Shown here: positions 1 to 11,321 of the stretch, piece by piece | Numbering within the stretch: the stretch's first letter is position 1 | Layout of the letters: each line of letters opens with the position of its first letter | From: Leptogorgia sarmentosa | Lineage: Eukaryota | Reading direction: 5' to 3' | Assembly (NCBI GenBank): GCA_964658305.1 | Contig: OZ210884.1 | Location: 6,696,001 to 6,760,000, forward strand | Length of the DNA stretch: 64,000 nucleotides | Translations under genes and position numbers: made by a program | Notes under the pieces: generated by a model | What the model saw: the letters and a program-made list of their open reading frames with translations, nothing else | The model's database searches: none | Told to the model about the DNA's origin: nothing

Positions 1-261
1 TCTCAGTTTTCCGAAATCTTATAAAGATATACGAGAACCGACACCAGGATCCTATCCACAATTATTATTCGCCATGTAAAGTTATAAACTACACTTACTT
101 GATAATGTTCGAGGACTAGTAAACTTGTGGCTTTCTAAGTTCCTAGTTTTAGGGAGGGTGGAAAACATTACCTGGGGTTTCCCGTTGTCCGGTTATCCTG
201 TTATCTATACACAGTGAAAGTACAGTGGACTGAATTATAGTTGTATTTCTGTTGGTTGTAG

Positions 262-3200
262 TGAAGAAGAAACATTTGGAGAATGTTCCTGAGCAGGTGA
301 ATTTACAGCTTTGATTTACATTCATTTGTGAAAAATTATTTAGCGCAACCTGGATTTTGCATTAAATTCGCAATGATTCCGCACGTAATCATTGCGAATT
401 TCAAACTTTATTTTTTAAATAACTTACTTTGTTGTACTATTGCCAAAGACAAAATTGTTTGGGTGCAACCTTCCTGAAAATCAGCCTCGATGTAGACTAG
501 TCCATAGTCCATAGTCACGTGATTAATTCGGCGCGTACCAGGAGAGAGGTTCTTGATGAACTATAACCTTAACCTCCACCGCAGTCACAATTATTTAATC
601 AGATTAAATAACACCCGTTTACAGAGTATATTCCCCGCATTATTTCCTCTCTAATTTTTCAGATGACCGAAAAAGAATTTTGGACAAAATTCTTCCAATC
701 TCATTTTTTCCATCGTGATCGTCAGAAATCTTCTTCGGATCTCTTCTTAGAATGTGCAAATCACGACGAACAAGGTAGCGCTGAAGTTCCCACATTCACT
801 CGTTCACATGCATCTGTCTACAGATACAGAAGGAGAAAATCCCACCAAAAGTAGAATCGCAGCAATTGTAGATGAGCGTTTAACGTTTAGAGAGCGAGCT
901 TATCATAATCTTTGATGTTTTTGCAACAGATATACTAACTCGCTAATGCTTTTTGATCCAGAATTCCTGCAACAAAAACTTTCAAATTTTTATGACCGTT
1001 TGTTGGATATTTCAGAAGCATCGCCTGTTTCCGAGCAGGTTGGTGACACTATTAAAGCTTAATAATTTTTTGTGGTTGTTTTTTCTGTTTATGAATTATC
1101 CAAGTTACCAATTAAAAACTATAATAATTATCTATATAGTTCTTAAATTCGTCCCTAAACCCCCACTGGTGTCACATGGGCATAACACAGTCAAGTTAGA
1201 ATTCAAAAGAAATCAACACTTTGTTTATGAATGTTTTTGGAGATTTTTTCAACAACTGGCCCCTGCATAGTCAATACGTATATAGATGACAAAACTTATA
1301 TTTGTGTAATTAATAGCTTTGTGTATTCTAGGGTTATGGTAGCACACAAGCGCCAGATATTGCCGACCAGAAAAACAAGAGTGACAACTTATTTCGACGA
1401 TTTAATCATCAAAGTTCTATGGTGTTAAAGTCGTACTCGAATATATCGTACGTCCTGGCTTGTCAGTTGTCATGTTAGGTTTTTAATAATATACATGTAA
1501 ACATATTACTCGACTTTTCAGCCTTTTTGAGCCTAAATGTTGCTTCTGAAAACACTGAGAACTGAAATGCTCAACAATATTGTTAAAAACTATGAACAAT
1601 GTGAGCAAGATTACTCAGTCATGTTATACTGTAAGCTCATATTTTTTTGGCTGTGCATGTTTCTCATTGTTATGTTTGTTAAATTGTTTTGCAGTTCAAA
1701 TAATCAAAAAACCTCCAGAAGCGAAGGAGAACCAGCTTCAAAGCAGGTATACTAAATATTAATTCTTTGAATGTTTTCATGGTGAAGTTAATATTTATTT
1801 ATAAAGTTTGTAGTTTACACCACGCAATTTTATGTTATAATAATAATCGCATGCAATTTAATTTTATTATTTTTTATTTGCGATAATAAATTACGTGGTG
1901 TAAACTACAAACTTTATTAATAAATATACTAAATATATTTAACAACCTTGATATTTACATGGTGAGATGCAACTAAATTACTTAAATTAGTTATCATCTG
2001 CACGTTATACAAAAATAATTATACAAAATTTGCAATCTAATGCAAACAAACATACACAAAGTATACAAAATTTGCAATCTAATGCAAACAAAACATACAC
2101 AAAAAAATACAAAATTTGCAAACAAATTCCAGGCTCGACTACGAGAAATGGTTACATATGAAGATTTGGAGGAGGAAACAACAACGAAATCTACTGTTTT
2201 AAAAATTAAAGATAAAAATCAGTTTTGTCGTGGAATTGCAGTCGAAACGTCCCAGGTAAATTCGGAAACAAAGGCCAGAAGCTATCTTACAATATATGGA
2301 GTAAAATTATTGCATTTTTAGGTAGAAAGATAGAGCAGTTATTAATTAAACTTTTCAGTGAAATCTCTCATATCAAAACAACAAAAAATTACCCAAAAAA
2401 TGCAACTAGCAATTTTTGATACACCATGTATATGTGCAAGTTTACTACTTATTTTGGTATGTTCAGCAGGTACGATTTATCGTATTTATTGTAGTTGCCT
2501 CCACACAGCTCATCGTTTACAAATGGTACAAATGATCACTCATCATATGCAGTGAAATGCTCTGTTGATGTACGTTCCTGGAAACCTGACCTCACCAAGG
2601 TGAATAATATTTTCAATACTGTAGTCAGTTACAATATAATTATGTACCAAGTGAACTGTAAATACATGATTATTAAATAAAATATTCAATAAATACGTGA
2701 AGTTACAAAAGAATTCCAAGGGATCATTATTTTTATTCTATAGGCGCTGAGTAGTGACTGTGCTTGTGAAGTGCTTACCGAATTTTCACCTGGTGGTCTT
2801 TTTATGAGAGATACAGCTACGGAAATAAACAGTAGGTGTATATGTTATTGTAGTAGGAGGTAAAAATGAGGTAGTGGCTTAGTTGCATTTCCGAAATCTG
2901 CTTTACCGAATATCGCAAGTTTTTCACGTTTGCCTGTTTTCAGATCATGGCAAGCAGGCGTTCAAAACAGAACTTCGACAACATTATAATGCTATCACAG
3001 AACTACTTCGGCACTTCTGGTCGTGTTTTCCGGTTACGTCAACATTTCTAGAAGAAAAGGTTAAGCTGATTTACTGATTTTAAGTTTTGAGAATAGTGAT
3101 TAGAAGACAGCAAAAAGAGTGACAACAATGTGGAATGACAACGACAACAACAACAACAACGGTAACAACAACGACAACAACAACAGCAACAACGGCAACG

Positions 3201-4063
3201 ACAACAACGACGCGACGGCGACAACGATAACAACAACAACAACAACAACAACAACAGCAACGACGGCAACAAAAACAACCGATAACAGCAACCACGACGA
3301 CAACGACGACAACGGCAACAACAACGACAACAACATGTTACATGTTGGTAACAACGCAGTAATAACGGTATCTTGTGGAGTATACTATTTCACATGCAAT
3401 CGTCCTAGCTATGTCCAATATATTCATCTGAATGAACAGGAAAAAAAAACATGCACACATTTTAGATTCTTCATGAATTTTCATCTTTAGGTTAAACGTA
3501 TGGCCAAATGTTTGGAAAAATACAGAGACATAAAACTTCAAAATTTTATCTCATCTTTGGAAAACCCAACGGTATCTGTTTTTGGCGTTTTTAGTATATG
3601 ATAACAATTATGTCCTGTTAAAATACACGACGAAACACACACGCAAACGGAAAAAAGCCCCGTCGAGTTGCGATCCCTTAAAATCCGTCAATCCCTTAAA
3701 ACATTCTTTAATAATGAAAGTCGAAAGCACTCTATTTCCACACACTTCTGGCAATAAAAAAAAGTTTTAATGATTTCTGTGCCATGATAGAATGGTGACA
3801 ATGATTTGTAAAAAGCGAAGAAATTGTTAAACATGCAACAACTTTTTTGTTTTTTACCCTTCGATGATTAAAGACATAACTTTCTGTACTACATACTCCA
3901 TAATTATTGTTTGGGTATTCAACACCGGATTCGGCCCAACAGAACCAGTTATGAAATGCGTGTTATTTTTTAGTATGGTGAACACCTTACAAAGATGATT
4001 GACATCGCCATTACAAAATATCAGACTTTACAAGAAAAGAAGACAAAAATTAAGTTAAGCTGA
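262..4063 (+). CDS. GTF2H1: General transcription factor IIH subunit 1 (TFIIH p62), 3' portion; 5' exons lie upstream of the window
   Basis: Phase-compatible GT-AG exons 262-296, 663-774, 962-1038, 1332-1447, 1695-1746, 2133-2255, 2495-2599, 2744-2831, 2944-3059, 3491-3572, 3974-4063 (TGA). They give recognisable p62 motifs: [26 protein letters not shown] (BSD2 end), [39 protein letters not shown]. One apparent +1 frameshift near 3540-3544 (see findings). Confidence 0.93.
1759..1930. mobile_element. Small AT-rich palindromic MITE-like repeat (intronic); same family as 17960-18202
   Basis: Inverted arms ataaagtttgtagtttacaccacg...cgtggtgtaaactacaaactttat; the flank also matches the second copy in reverse orientation. 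Boundaries approximate. Confidence 0.6.
2007..2122 (+). repeat. Short tandem repeat (~41-bp unit, 2-3 degenerate copies) next to a GTF2H1 splice acceptor
   Basis: Repeated atacaaaatttgcaatctaatgcaaaca. Confidence 0.7.
3118..3335 (+). repeat. Imperfect (AAC/GAC)n trinucleotide microsatellite in a GTF2H1 intron
   Basis: Long runs of caacaa/cgacaa; these explain the poly-N/T/V/C ORFs in the track. Confidence 0.95.
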
Positions 4064-4777
4064 GCGGTTTCTTAATACAAAATCTTCTATGAGAATGCCT
4101 GTGTTGGTGGTGTTGCATCGTAAGAATAGACGATTAAATGGATCATTCTCATACCTTGGGATTTCAACCTGGCTTCAACGTACATGTATATGTGGAAATT
4201 GTTGTTCAAAACGTTTACTGTTGAACACCTTTTAATTGAAGTGTTGGGTGGATTTATTGCTATAAAACACTAAAGAATAGTTTATGGTTGTTCTCAAATT
4301 ATAGACTCTATAATAGTCCGTGGAGGTGAAGTGGGGGGGGGGGGGGGGGGGAAGGTGGACACCGCAAGCACCAAAGGCTATGGGCATGCCCTCCACGCCA
4401 GCCCCCTCTTGAGATTAGGTGGCAAAAAATGACTTTTGTTGTAAAAACAATTTTAACGCTACTACACAAATAAGACCATTAAGTAGAAATCTGTCTAACT
4501 ACTATGGGACCCAGGTATATACAACATAAAAGCGGAATTTTCTTTTATGCAAGAAAAAATCTAGATTAAATGTTGACGGTTAGCGTTCAGTTAATTGGAA
4601 TTATTGGATGCCTTATAGTTTTGCAAAAAAATCATGCACCAAAGGCCATGTACGCCACAAACATTGTAATCAACATGTTTAAAATCCCATTGTCTTTAAT
4701 TAATCATTACACAGTAATCTATACTTTCATCAAATTATCAGTTCAAGTCAAATAAATGTCACACACAAATGAGATGT

Positions 4778-6885
4778 TTACTTTGCTGGAGGAGGAAAGA
4801 ATCTTTGTGTGGATAGTTGAACCACGCTATCTCCTGTGATATCCACATATTTCTTTTTCGTACTTTCCTCGTAAAACTTGCTTGTGATATAATGAAGATG
4901 TGGCTTCTCATCTTCAATCGCTTGAAGGACACATTTTGCAACATCCTCTCCCGTCTGGGTATTTTGCTTGCTTTTAAGTGCTTCTATCACCTTGTTGATG
5001 AGACCTTTGGTTTCTTCATCACCACTTTCTAAGCCATCTATTCCTTTTGACGCCACCGCGCTACTAAACTCTGTTGCTACAGGCCCAGGTTCAACCAGTG
5101 AAACACTAAGATACAAAAATACATTAATTATCATGATGAAGGATTTAGCATTGTCAGATAATGCCAACTGAAGCCTGGAATATTCCTATATTCCTGATAT
5201 CATGCTAAAACTGAATTGCATAATTTTTCATTATTCATATACTCAATAAGTAGTGAAAAATATGTGGTCATGATTATCAAATACCAGGGATTATTTTGTT
5301 ACTTAATTATAGATACTAAACGAAGAGTTATCTGTAGGTTCCTGCTAATCATACACTATGATATGGTTTGAATATTCTGTACCTAATATTGATAGGGGAA
5401 ATGTTTTGTTTCCTGAATGATTTTCAATTTTCCTAATACAAATTATAGCAAGAAAAGAAAAATCAACATTGAAACAAAAATCATATTGTATCTTGGATGA
5501 TGTTGTTGTCACCTGTCAGACAATATTTTTGTTGGAGAATGTTGTTGAGTTAATAAGGTAATACCTCTAGCAAGTAGAAAATTGATATAAAAACAAATTA
5601 ATAATCAATCACTCACTTGATGTTAAACTGTGCAAGTTCAGGAGCAAGTGATTCACTCAAACCATAAACTGCAAACTTTGTCGAGGAATACACAGCATTC
5701 AATGGAACTCCAAAAAGGCCAGCCACAGAACTAACAGTAATAATACGACCACTTTTGTGCTTTTTCATGGAAGGTAACACTGCACGAATTGCATGAATGA
5801 CACCATATACATTGGTTTCATAAACATTTGCTATGGTTTCTGCTTTGTGATGCTCCAAAGCACCCAAGCAACCAATCCCAGCATTGTTGACTACAAATAC
5901 AAATACAATGCAATAAAGCTGTCATTCACATTCAGGATACAAAAGGTAATAATTGGTTTTAGACTAATGCTCTTAGCTCTTGGATTCGGAACTCAATAGT
6001 TAATTGAGACTGTAGGTTTATCTGATTTTTCAACCATTGGATTAGGGATACGTAGTTGATGACAGTGGCACATTGGCACTGTACATACAAAATGCTATTA
6101 TTACATATGTAGGTTACATTGGTGAGTTAGAACATGGAAAAGATCAGAAATTAATGGACATGTCTGCAATTCATTAACACTGTGTGTATATAGTAACTAA
6201 AATAAAGTAATTAGGGTTCATGGAAAATTGATGTTTCAACATATATTGCTAGCAACACGGTTTTCAGGGGGAGAGGGGGAAATTAATGTGAATTATTAAT
6301 TGCTTTGTCCCATTTATGCATTTCTAACAATTAAGGTCCTTTTACAGGTGCAACTTTCTGGGAATTCAAGTGCAATTTTCTCCTTTTGATGGATGTGAAC
6401 GAGTAAACCAATTAGAAATGTTTAGGCACAGAACATGTTGAGGAAACACGCGCACCCTCGTCAGTGTCGTCACTAATTTACTCCTTCAGATCCATCAAAA
6501 GAAGAAAATTAGTTTTTTAGACCTGTACGCATCCTAGTAACATAAACATTTGCATCTTCAATATTTCATATGCAGTTTGAAGCTTGACCACTGATTGACA
6601 AATTTACGCTGTAAACTTACTCAAGACATCAACTTTTCCATCAGTGTCCAACACATGTTTTATGGCTGCATTAACAGAGCTTTCGGATTTAACATCCATT
6701 TCGAGGACAAACAATGTTTTATCAACACAATCTCCAGCTTTTTCAACCAGTCCGCCTTTCTTCGCAAGATTTCTCATGCAAGCATAAACTTTATATTTCT
6801 TGTCAACATTTTTAGCCAGCAAAACCGCGGTATCTAAACCAATCCCAGAAGAACATCCAGTAATGATTACAACACGTTGAGCCAT
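4778..6885 (-). CDS. Classical short-chain dehydrogenase/reductase, retinol dehydrogenase 8 / 17-beta-HSD1-like
   Basis: Three exons 6885-6621, 5890-5617, 5105-4778 with compatible phases. Motifs TGCSSGIG (Rossmann), NNAG, catalytic YSSTK, and the VEPGPV motif typical of the RDH8/HSD17B1 group. Confidence 0.92.
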
Positions 6886-7088
6886 TCTCTGAACCTTGGT
6901 AAACGTTTGCGCAACTTCGTGATCTTCTCAAATTATATAACTACCGATAATACTTGTGCAAACACTTGTGAGATTATGCAATACTAATTAGCATAAACAG
7001 CAGCATATACCAATGATCTCTATAGTATATCTGTATGTATATCTATAATTATGTGCGTTAGTAATGTGTCAATATCTCAGCTATAAGT

Positions 7089-7245
7089 AAGGGAATTGAG
7101 CTTCACCTCAACTTAAAAAAAATACGTCACTTGTAAATTTGAAAAAAAGTAAAATTTCAGCAGACTGCATAATATTTTTTTTCTAACATGGGTAGTCATT
7201 GCCCCCCCCCCCTAATTTCTACCCGGATTTCATCTTTTTACACCG
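7089..7245 (+). repeat. Dispersed repeat; the same two blocks occur in swapped order at ~19878-20075
   Basis: Blocks gaattgagcttcacctcaacttaaaaa..aatacgtcactt and acatgggtagtcat..cccctaatttctacccg are present at both loci. Confidence 0.65.
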
Positions 7246-7398
7246 CAGTCCTTCAGCCTACTGGGAGGGCTGTGCCCCCCTCCCCCCTTGTCTACGCCAC
7301 TGCTGTCTAGCCCAATAGTTTCAGATCAGTGATTGTATCTGTATCAGGATTTCCCAATGTTATCTTGCTATTGAGTATTGACCATAATCTAATGAGGC

Positions 7399-7850
7399 TT
7401 TAGCGCGAGTAGAATCTTGTTGTAGGATTTACTGTTGGCGAGTTCGCAGATGAATACTCGAACACTAATAACTTTTCTGTATATGAATTTTACTGATCTT
7501 TTAACATACTAACAAAGTTTGATTATGCTGGCGAGAGCATAAGCGAAGACTCTCTATTTAAGAATATTTACAAGTTATTTTATATGCTAGCTAGTAGAGG
7601 TGAGGCGGAAAAGCAATTAGGATTAGTGTCACGATTATTAAGGCGTGTTAAAGCGATTAAACCAAAACCGAAGATAAGCTGATAATGTACAAGTGTTAGC
7701 TGCCAAGAGGAAATGAAAAGTTAATGGTATTTGCGGCGAATTCAATTTAAATTTGGGCGAGTCTATTTCCTAAAAGGTTTACTAAATTTTTATGTGTAAT
7801 ATTTGAACTTGTTCCAAAGTTGGGAATCTAAACTCGTGGGCGACACTACA
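7399..7850 (-). repeat. 3' LTR
   Basis: No differences seen by eye from 10197-10648; minus-strand ends TGTAG...CTAAA. Confidence 0.96.
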
Positions 7851-7881
7851 GGAGCCCCCTGCCAGTGCAGAAGTTAATAAA

Positions 7882-10158
7882 TTAACGATAAACGATAGAA
7901 ATGTAGCGCTCTGGAAAATGGACATGACGGCCAGATCTTGTTTGGCGAACTTGTGGTGCAGGCGCTGCAGGTGGTGCAGAAGGAGGTTCGTCACATGAGT
8001 TCGCTGCAGGCAACGGTGGATCGGTGTCGAGATGTGCAGGTTTTAGGCGATCAATACTAACAGTGTCGGTCCGGTTCCCGAGGTCGACTTTAAAGAATTT
8101 TGTTGCCCGGGAAATAACTTTGAATGGACCGTCGTAAGGTGGTTGTAAAGGGCTTCTGACGGCGTCACGGCGTATAAAAACGTGCGTGCAGGTCGGAAGG
8201 TCTTTTGGAACGTGTGTGTTGCGATGTTGAAAACGGCTTTGCGGAGGGTGTAGATCGTGAATTGCTCGCTTCAGGCGGTCGACGTAGGAAGTAGGATCGA
8301 GGTTGGGGTCCGTGGTGTTTTGGGAAAAAAATTCACCTGGTAAGCAAAGGGTTGTGCCGTAAACCCGTTCAGCAACGCTGTGACCAAAGTCTGTTTTCAC
8401 GGCTGTTCGAATGCCCAAAAGCACGAGTGGTAGGCGTTCAGTCCAGTGCGAGGGGTCCTCTGTGGCTTTCAAAGAGGCTTTCAGTTGTCGATGAAAACGT
8501 TCCACCAGGCCATTGGCAATAGGATGGTAGGCTGTTGTACGGATACGGGTGGAACCGAGGAATTGAGTTAGAGACGCGAAAAGATGACTTTCGAATTGCT
8601 TGCCCCGATCCGTGGTAATGATGTGTGGAACACCAAAACGAGAGATCCAGTGAGTGACGAGAGTTTGAGCGACAGTTTCTGCAGTGATGTTAGAGATTGG
8701 GATTGCCTCGGGCCATCGTGTAAATCGATCGATGCAGGTCAAGATGTAGGTTTGACCGCTGGACGGAGGTAAGGGGCCAACGAGGTCGATGTGAACATGG
8801 GAGAAACGGGCGGTGGGGATCTCGAAGGTGGAAAGGGGTGCAGAGGTATGACGTTGGACTTTACAGCGTTGACAGTGGAGACATGTTCTGGTCCATTGTC
8901 GTACATCGCGATTGATGTTAGGCCAAACATATCGGTCCGTGATCAAACGTTGGGTTGCCTTGATACCAGGGTGGGAAAGGTTATGGAGAGACTGGAAAAT
9001 GGAGCGACGAAATGCCTTAGGGACGAAAGGTCGAGGTTTACCAGTAGAAACGTCACAGGTAATGGTGTGGGTTGAGGTGGGTATCGGTTGAGCTTGGAAA
9101 TCAAACGGTGAGGAAGGAGCGCTGCGAAGCTGGGTAAGTTCGTTGTCGCTGCGCTGAGCTGTGGCGAGAGCATCAAGATCAATAGTAGAAGAAAGGGGGA
9201 TTAAGGTAGAGATACGGGACAAGGCGTCTGCGACAGTGTTCTCTTTCCCACTCACATGACGGATATCGGTGGTAAATTGGGAAATGAAAGAGCAAGGTTT
9301 AGAACACTTCTTTGCCGAGGGACCGAATTTGGTATGATACCAACAAACAGGAGGAGGAGGGTCTTGGTCCTGGTTGGGACGGTCGCGATCGCTGTGGTTA
9401 TGTGGGGACGCGTGGCGTCGGGTATTTGAACGACTTCGACTACGTCTCGGGTGGCGAGGTGGCGAAACGTTCAGGCTGAAGTTGTTGATGGTGGTGGTCA
9501 ATTGAGATACCAGCTCACGGAGTTCTCGTATTTCGGTGGATGGGTCAGGTTGTGGTGCTGGAGGTGGAGCTACGGTGGAGAGGGTTGGGGGTGTGGAGTG
9601 AGTTGGTGCGACTTCGAGGATTTTGTCTGCCAGCTTGGCCAAACTTTCCGTGTCCAAGGAGTCCTTAGACGAGGCTAAGATAAGTTGTGCATTGGTTGGA
9701 AGGCGTTGTAAAAATAGTTGCGTCATAATTGAAGCCTCGAGTTGTCTTTCGCCAAGTAACTGTTGCATTCGGCGTAGGAGTTGGGTTGGTTTTCGGTCTC
9801 CCAACTGTTCCGCGTTTAACAATTGGTGCAATCGTTGTTGTTCTGAAGCAGACGTGCGTTTGACAAGTTCTGACTTCAGTTGGGTGTACGGATTTTCAGC
9901 TGGAGGATTTATCAAGAGATCACGTACTTCTTGGGCGACCTCAGGTTGAAGAGAGCCGACGACATGTGCGTATTTGGTGTTTTCTGACGTGATTCCGCGT
10001 GTGGTGAATTGGGCTTCGACTTGGGAAAACCATAGAGCAGGATCGTTTGACCAGTATGGAGGGAGCTTGACGCTGACAGCGGCGGTAAGGGGTGGTGTAG
10101 GCTGTGGATTGGACTCGGCGTCAGACGAACTTGCTTGTTGTGAAACTTCCAATGACAT
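7882..10158 (-). CDS. Gag fused in frame to the RNase H C-terminal tail and integrase (758 aa); no protease or RT
   Basis: Gag start [24 protein letters not shown] and CHCC knuckle [18 protein letters not shown]. This is followed directly by [25 protein letters not shown] (end of RNase H), the HHCC region (HNLSHPG...CLHC), the DDE triad (HIDLVGP, TTDRG, NGLVER) and the GPF module (YDGPFKV). Confidence 0.93.
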   Translation of the reverse strand: MSLEVSQQASSSDAESNPQPTPPLTAAVSVKLPPYWSNDPALWFSQVEAQFTTRGITSENTKYAHVVGSLQPEVAQEVRDLLINPPAENPYTQLKSELVKRTSASEQQRLHQLLNAEQLGDRKPTQLLRRMQQLLGERQLEASIMTQLFLQRLPTNAQLILASSKDSLDTESLAKLADKILEVAPTHSTPPTLSTVAPPPAPQPDPSTEIRELRELVSQLTTTINNFSLNVSPPRHPRRSRSRSNTRRHASPHNHSDRDRPNQDQDPPPPVCWYHTKFGPSAKKCSKPCSFISQFTTDIRHVSGKENTVADALSRISTLIPLSSTIDLDALATAQRSDNELTQLRSAPSSPFDFQAQPIPTSTHTITCDVSTGKPRPFVPKAFRRSIFQSLHNLSHPGIKATQRLITDRYVWPNINRDVRQWTRTCLHCQRCKVQRHTSAPLSTFEIPTARFSHVHIDLVGPLPPSSGQTYILTCIDRFTRWPEAIPISNITAETVAQTLVTHWISRFGVPHIITTDRGKQFESHLFASLTQFLGSTRIRTTAYHPIANGLVERFHRQLKASLKATEDPSHWTERLPLVLLGIRTAVKTDFGHSVAERVYGTTLCLPGEFFSQNTTDPNLDPTSYVDRLKRAIHDLHPPQSRFQHRNTHVPKDLPTCTHVFIRRDAVRSPLQPPYDGPFKVISRATKFFKVDLGNRTDTVSIDRLKPAHLDTDPPLPAANSCDEPPSAPPAAPAPQVRQTRSGRHVHFPERYISIVYR

Positions 10159-10181
10159 GGTTCAAGAACAGTAAAATTTCT

Positions 10182-10195
10182 CGTCGGGGTCACCA
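10182..10195 (-). promoter_or_regulatory. Primer-binding site complementary to tRNA-Trp
   Basis: Minus strand TGGTGACCCCGACG lies one base inside the 5' LTR and is complementary to the eukaryotic tRNA-Trp 3' end ...CGUCGGGGUCACCA. Confidence 0.88.
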
Positions 10196-10196
10196 A

Positions 10197-10648
10197 TTTA
10201 GCGCGAGTAGAATCTTGTTGTAGGATTTACTGTTGGCGAGTTCGCAGATGAATACTCGAACACTAATAACTTTTCTGTATATGAATTTTACTGATCTTTT
10301 AACATACTAACAAAGTTTGATTATGCTGGCGAGAGCATAAGCGAAGACTCTCTATTTAAGAATATTTACAAGTTATTTTATATGCTAGCTAGTAGAGGTG
10401 AGGCGGAAAAGCAATTAGGATTAGTGTCACGATTATTAAGGCGTGTTAAAGCGATTAAACCAAAACCGAAGATAAGCTGATAATGTACAAGTGTTAGCTG
10501 CCAAGAGGAAATGAAAAGTTAATGGTATTTGCGGCGAATTCAATTTAAATTTGGGCGAGTCTATTTCCTAAAAGGTTTACTAAATTTTTATGTGTAATAT
10601 TTGAACTTGTTCCAAAGTTGGGAATCTAAACTCGTGGGCGACACTACA
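10197..10648 (-). repeat. 5' LTR
   Basis: Direct-repeat partner of 7399-7850. Confidence 0.96.
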
Positions 10649-10782
10649 AGGCACAACAAATTAATTTGAGTATATTTTTGGACGTTATATGTTGAACGAA
10701 AGGTGCATGTCACTATACTGTATACGGTGGATAGGTATTTTTTCAACCGTTGTGAAAATACTTGACTATTCAGTATCCACAC

Positions 10783-10869
10783 GAAAGAACTCATATTTAA
10801 TAGAAAGAACTCATATTTAATAGAAAGAACTCATATTTAATAGAAAGAACTCATATTTAATAGAAAGAA
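10783..10869 (+). repeat. Minisatellite, 20-bp unit x ~4.3
   Basis: gaaagaactcatatttaata repeated perfectly. Confidence 0.95.
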
Positions 10870-11321
10870 AGCCTTTTAACTTCTAAAACGTTTGGTAAAA
10901 ATTCACTTGTGGATAGCACCGTGCACCCTTCGTACAACTGGCCCCTAGAATACGTACATGATTATACTTCACTACCTTCAATCTTCAATGAGAGGAATTG
11001 TAAACTATACGTTCCTTGAGTTCCTTGAGTGTTATGAAAATCGTTAATTGTGTCATCAATGATGATGAGCAGCAAGTAACTTCAACATGTTGCTCTGCTT
11101 GTTTATCAAAACGTGGCTGGATTTCTTTGAGTCGCTCTTGGGAGCGGGAACTCCCGATTGTTGCTGAACAGACTCTTGCTTCGGGCCACTTAACTTCGGC
11201 CTATTTTAAAGGCATTCTGATTTTGACGGCTGATGCCTCCTCTTCTGTTGTCCGGTACCTCTTGCCGTCGTTTCCTTTGTTGCTTTGGTTGTTAACCACG
11301 ATATCCCGTGGAGTACCCTTT

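Larger units (their letters stand above)
7399..10648 (-). mobile_element. Ty3/Gypsy LTR retrotransposon, CsRn1-like lineage, internally deleted (non-autonomous)
   Basis: 452-bp LTRs at 7399-7850 and 10197-10648; 4-bp TSD AGGC (7395-7398, 10649-10652); tRNA-Trp PBS; purine-rich tract next to the 3' LTR; Gag CHCC motif; intact integrase. Confidence 0.96.

Noticed and set aside
3048..3490. Low-complexity ORFs (poly-L/V/C/N/T)
   Set aside because: They are translations of an intronic AAC microsatellite.
8584..10196. Antisense and alternative-frame ORFs over the retrotransposon (likewise over the Schlafen, GPCR and TPR exons)
   Set aside because: Shadow ORFs of real coding sequence with no independent motifs.
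10783..10869. Regular short repeats here and at 61796-61858 as a possible CRISPR array
   Set aside because: Head-to-tail units without spacers, in a eukaryotic context with no cas genes.
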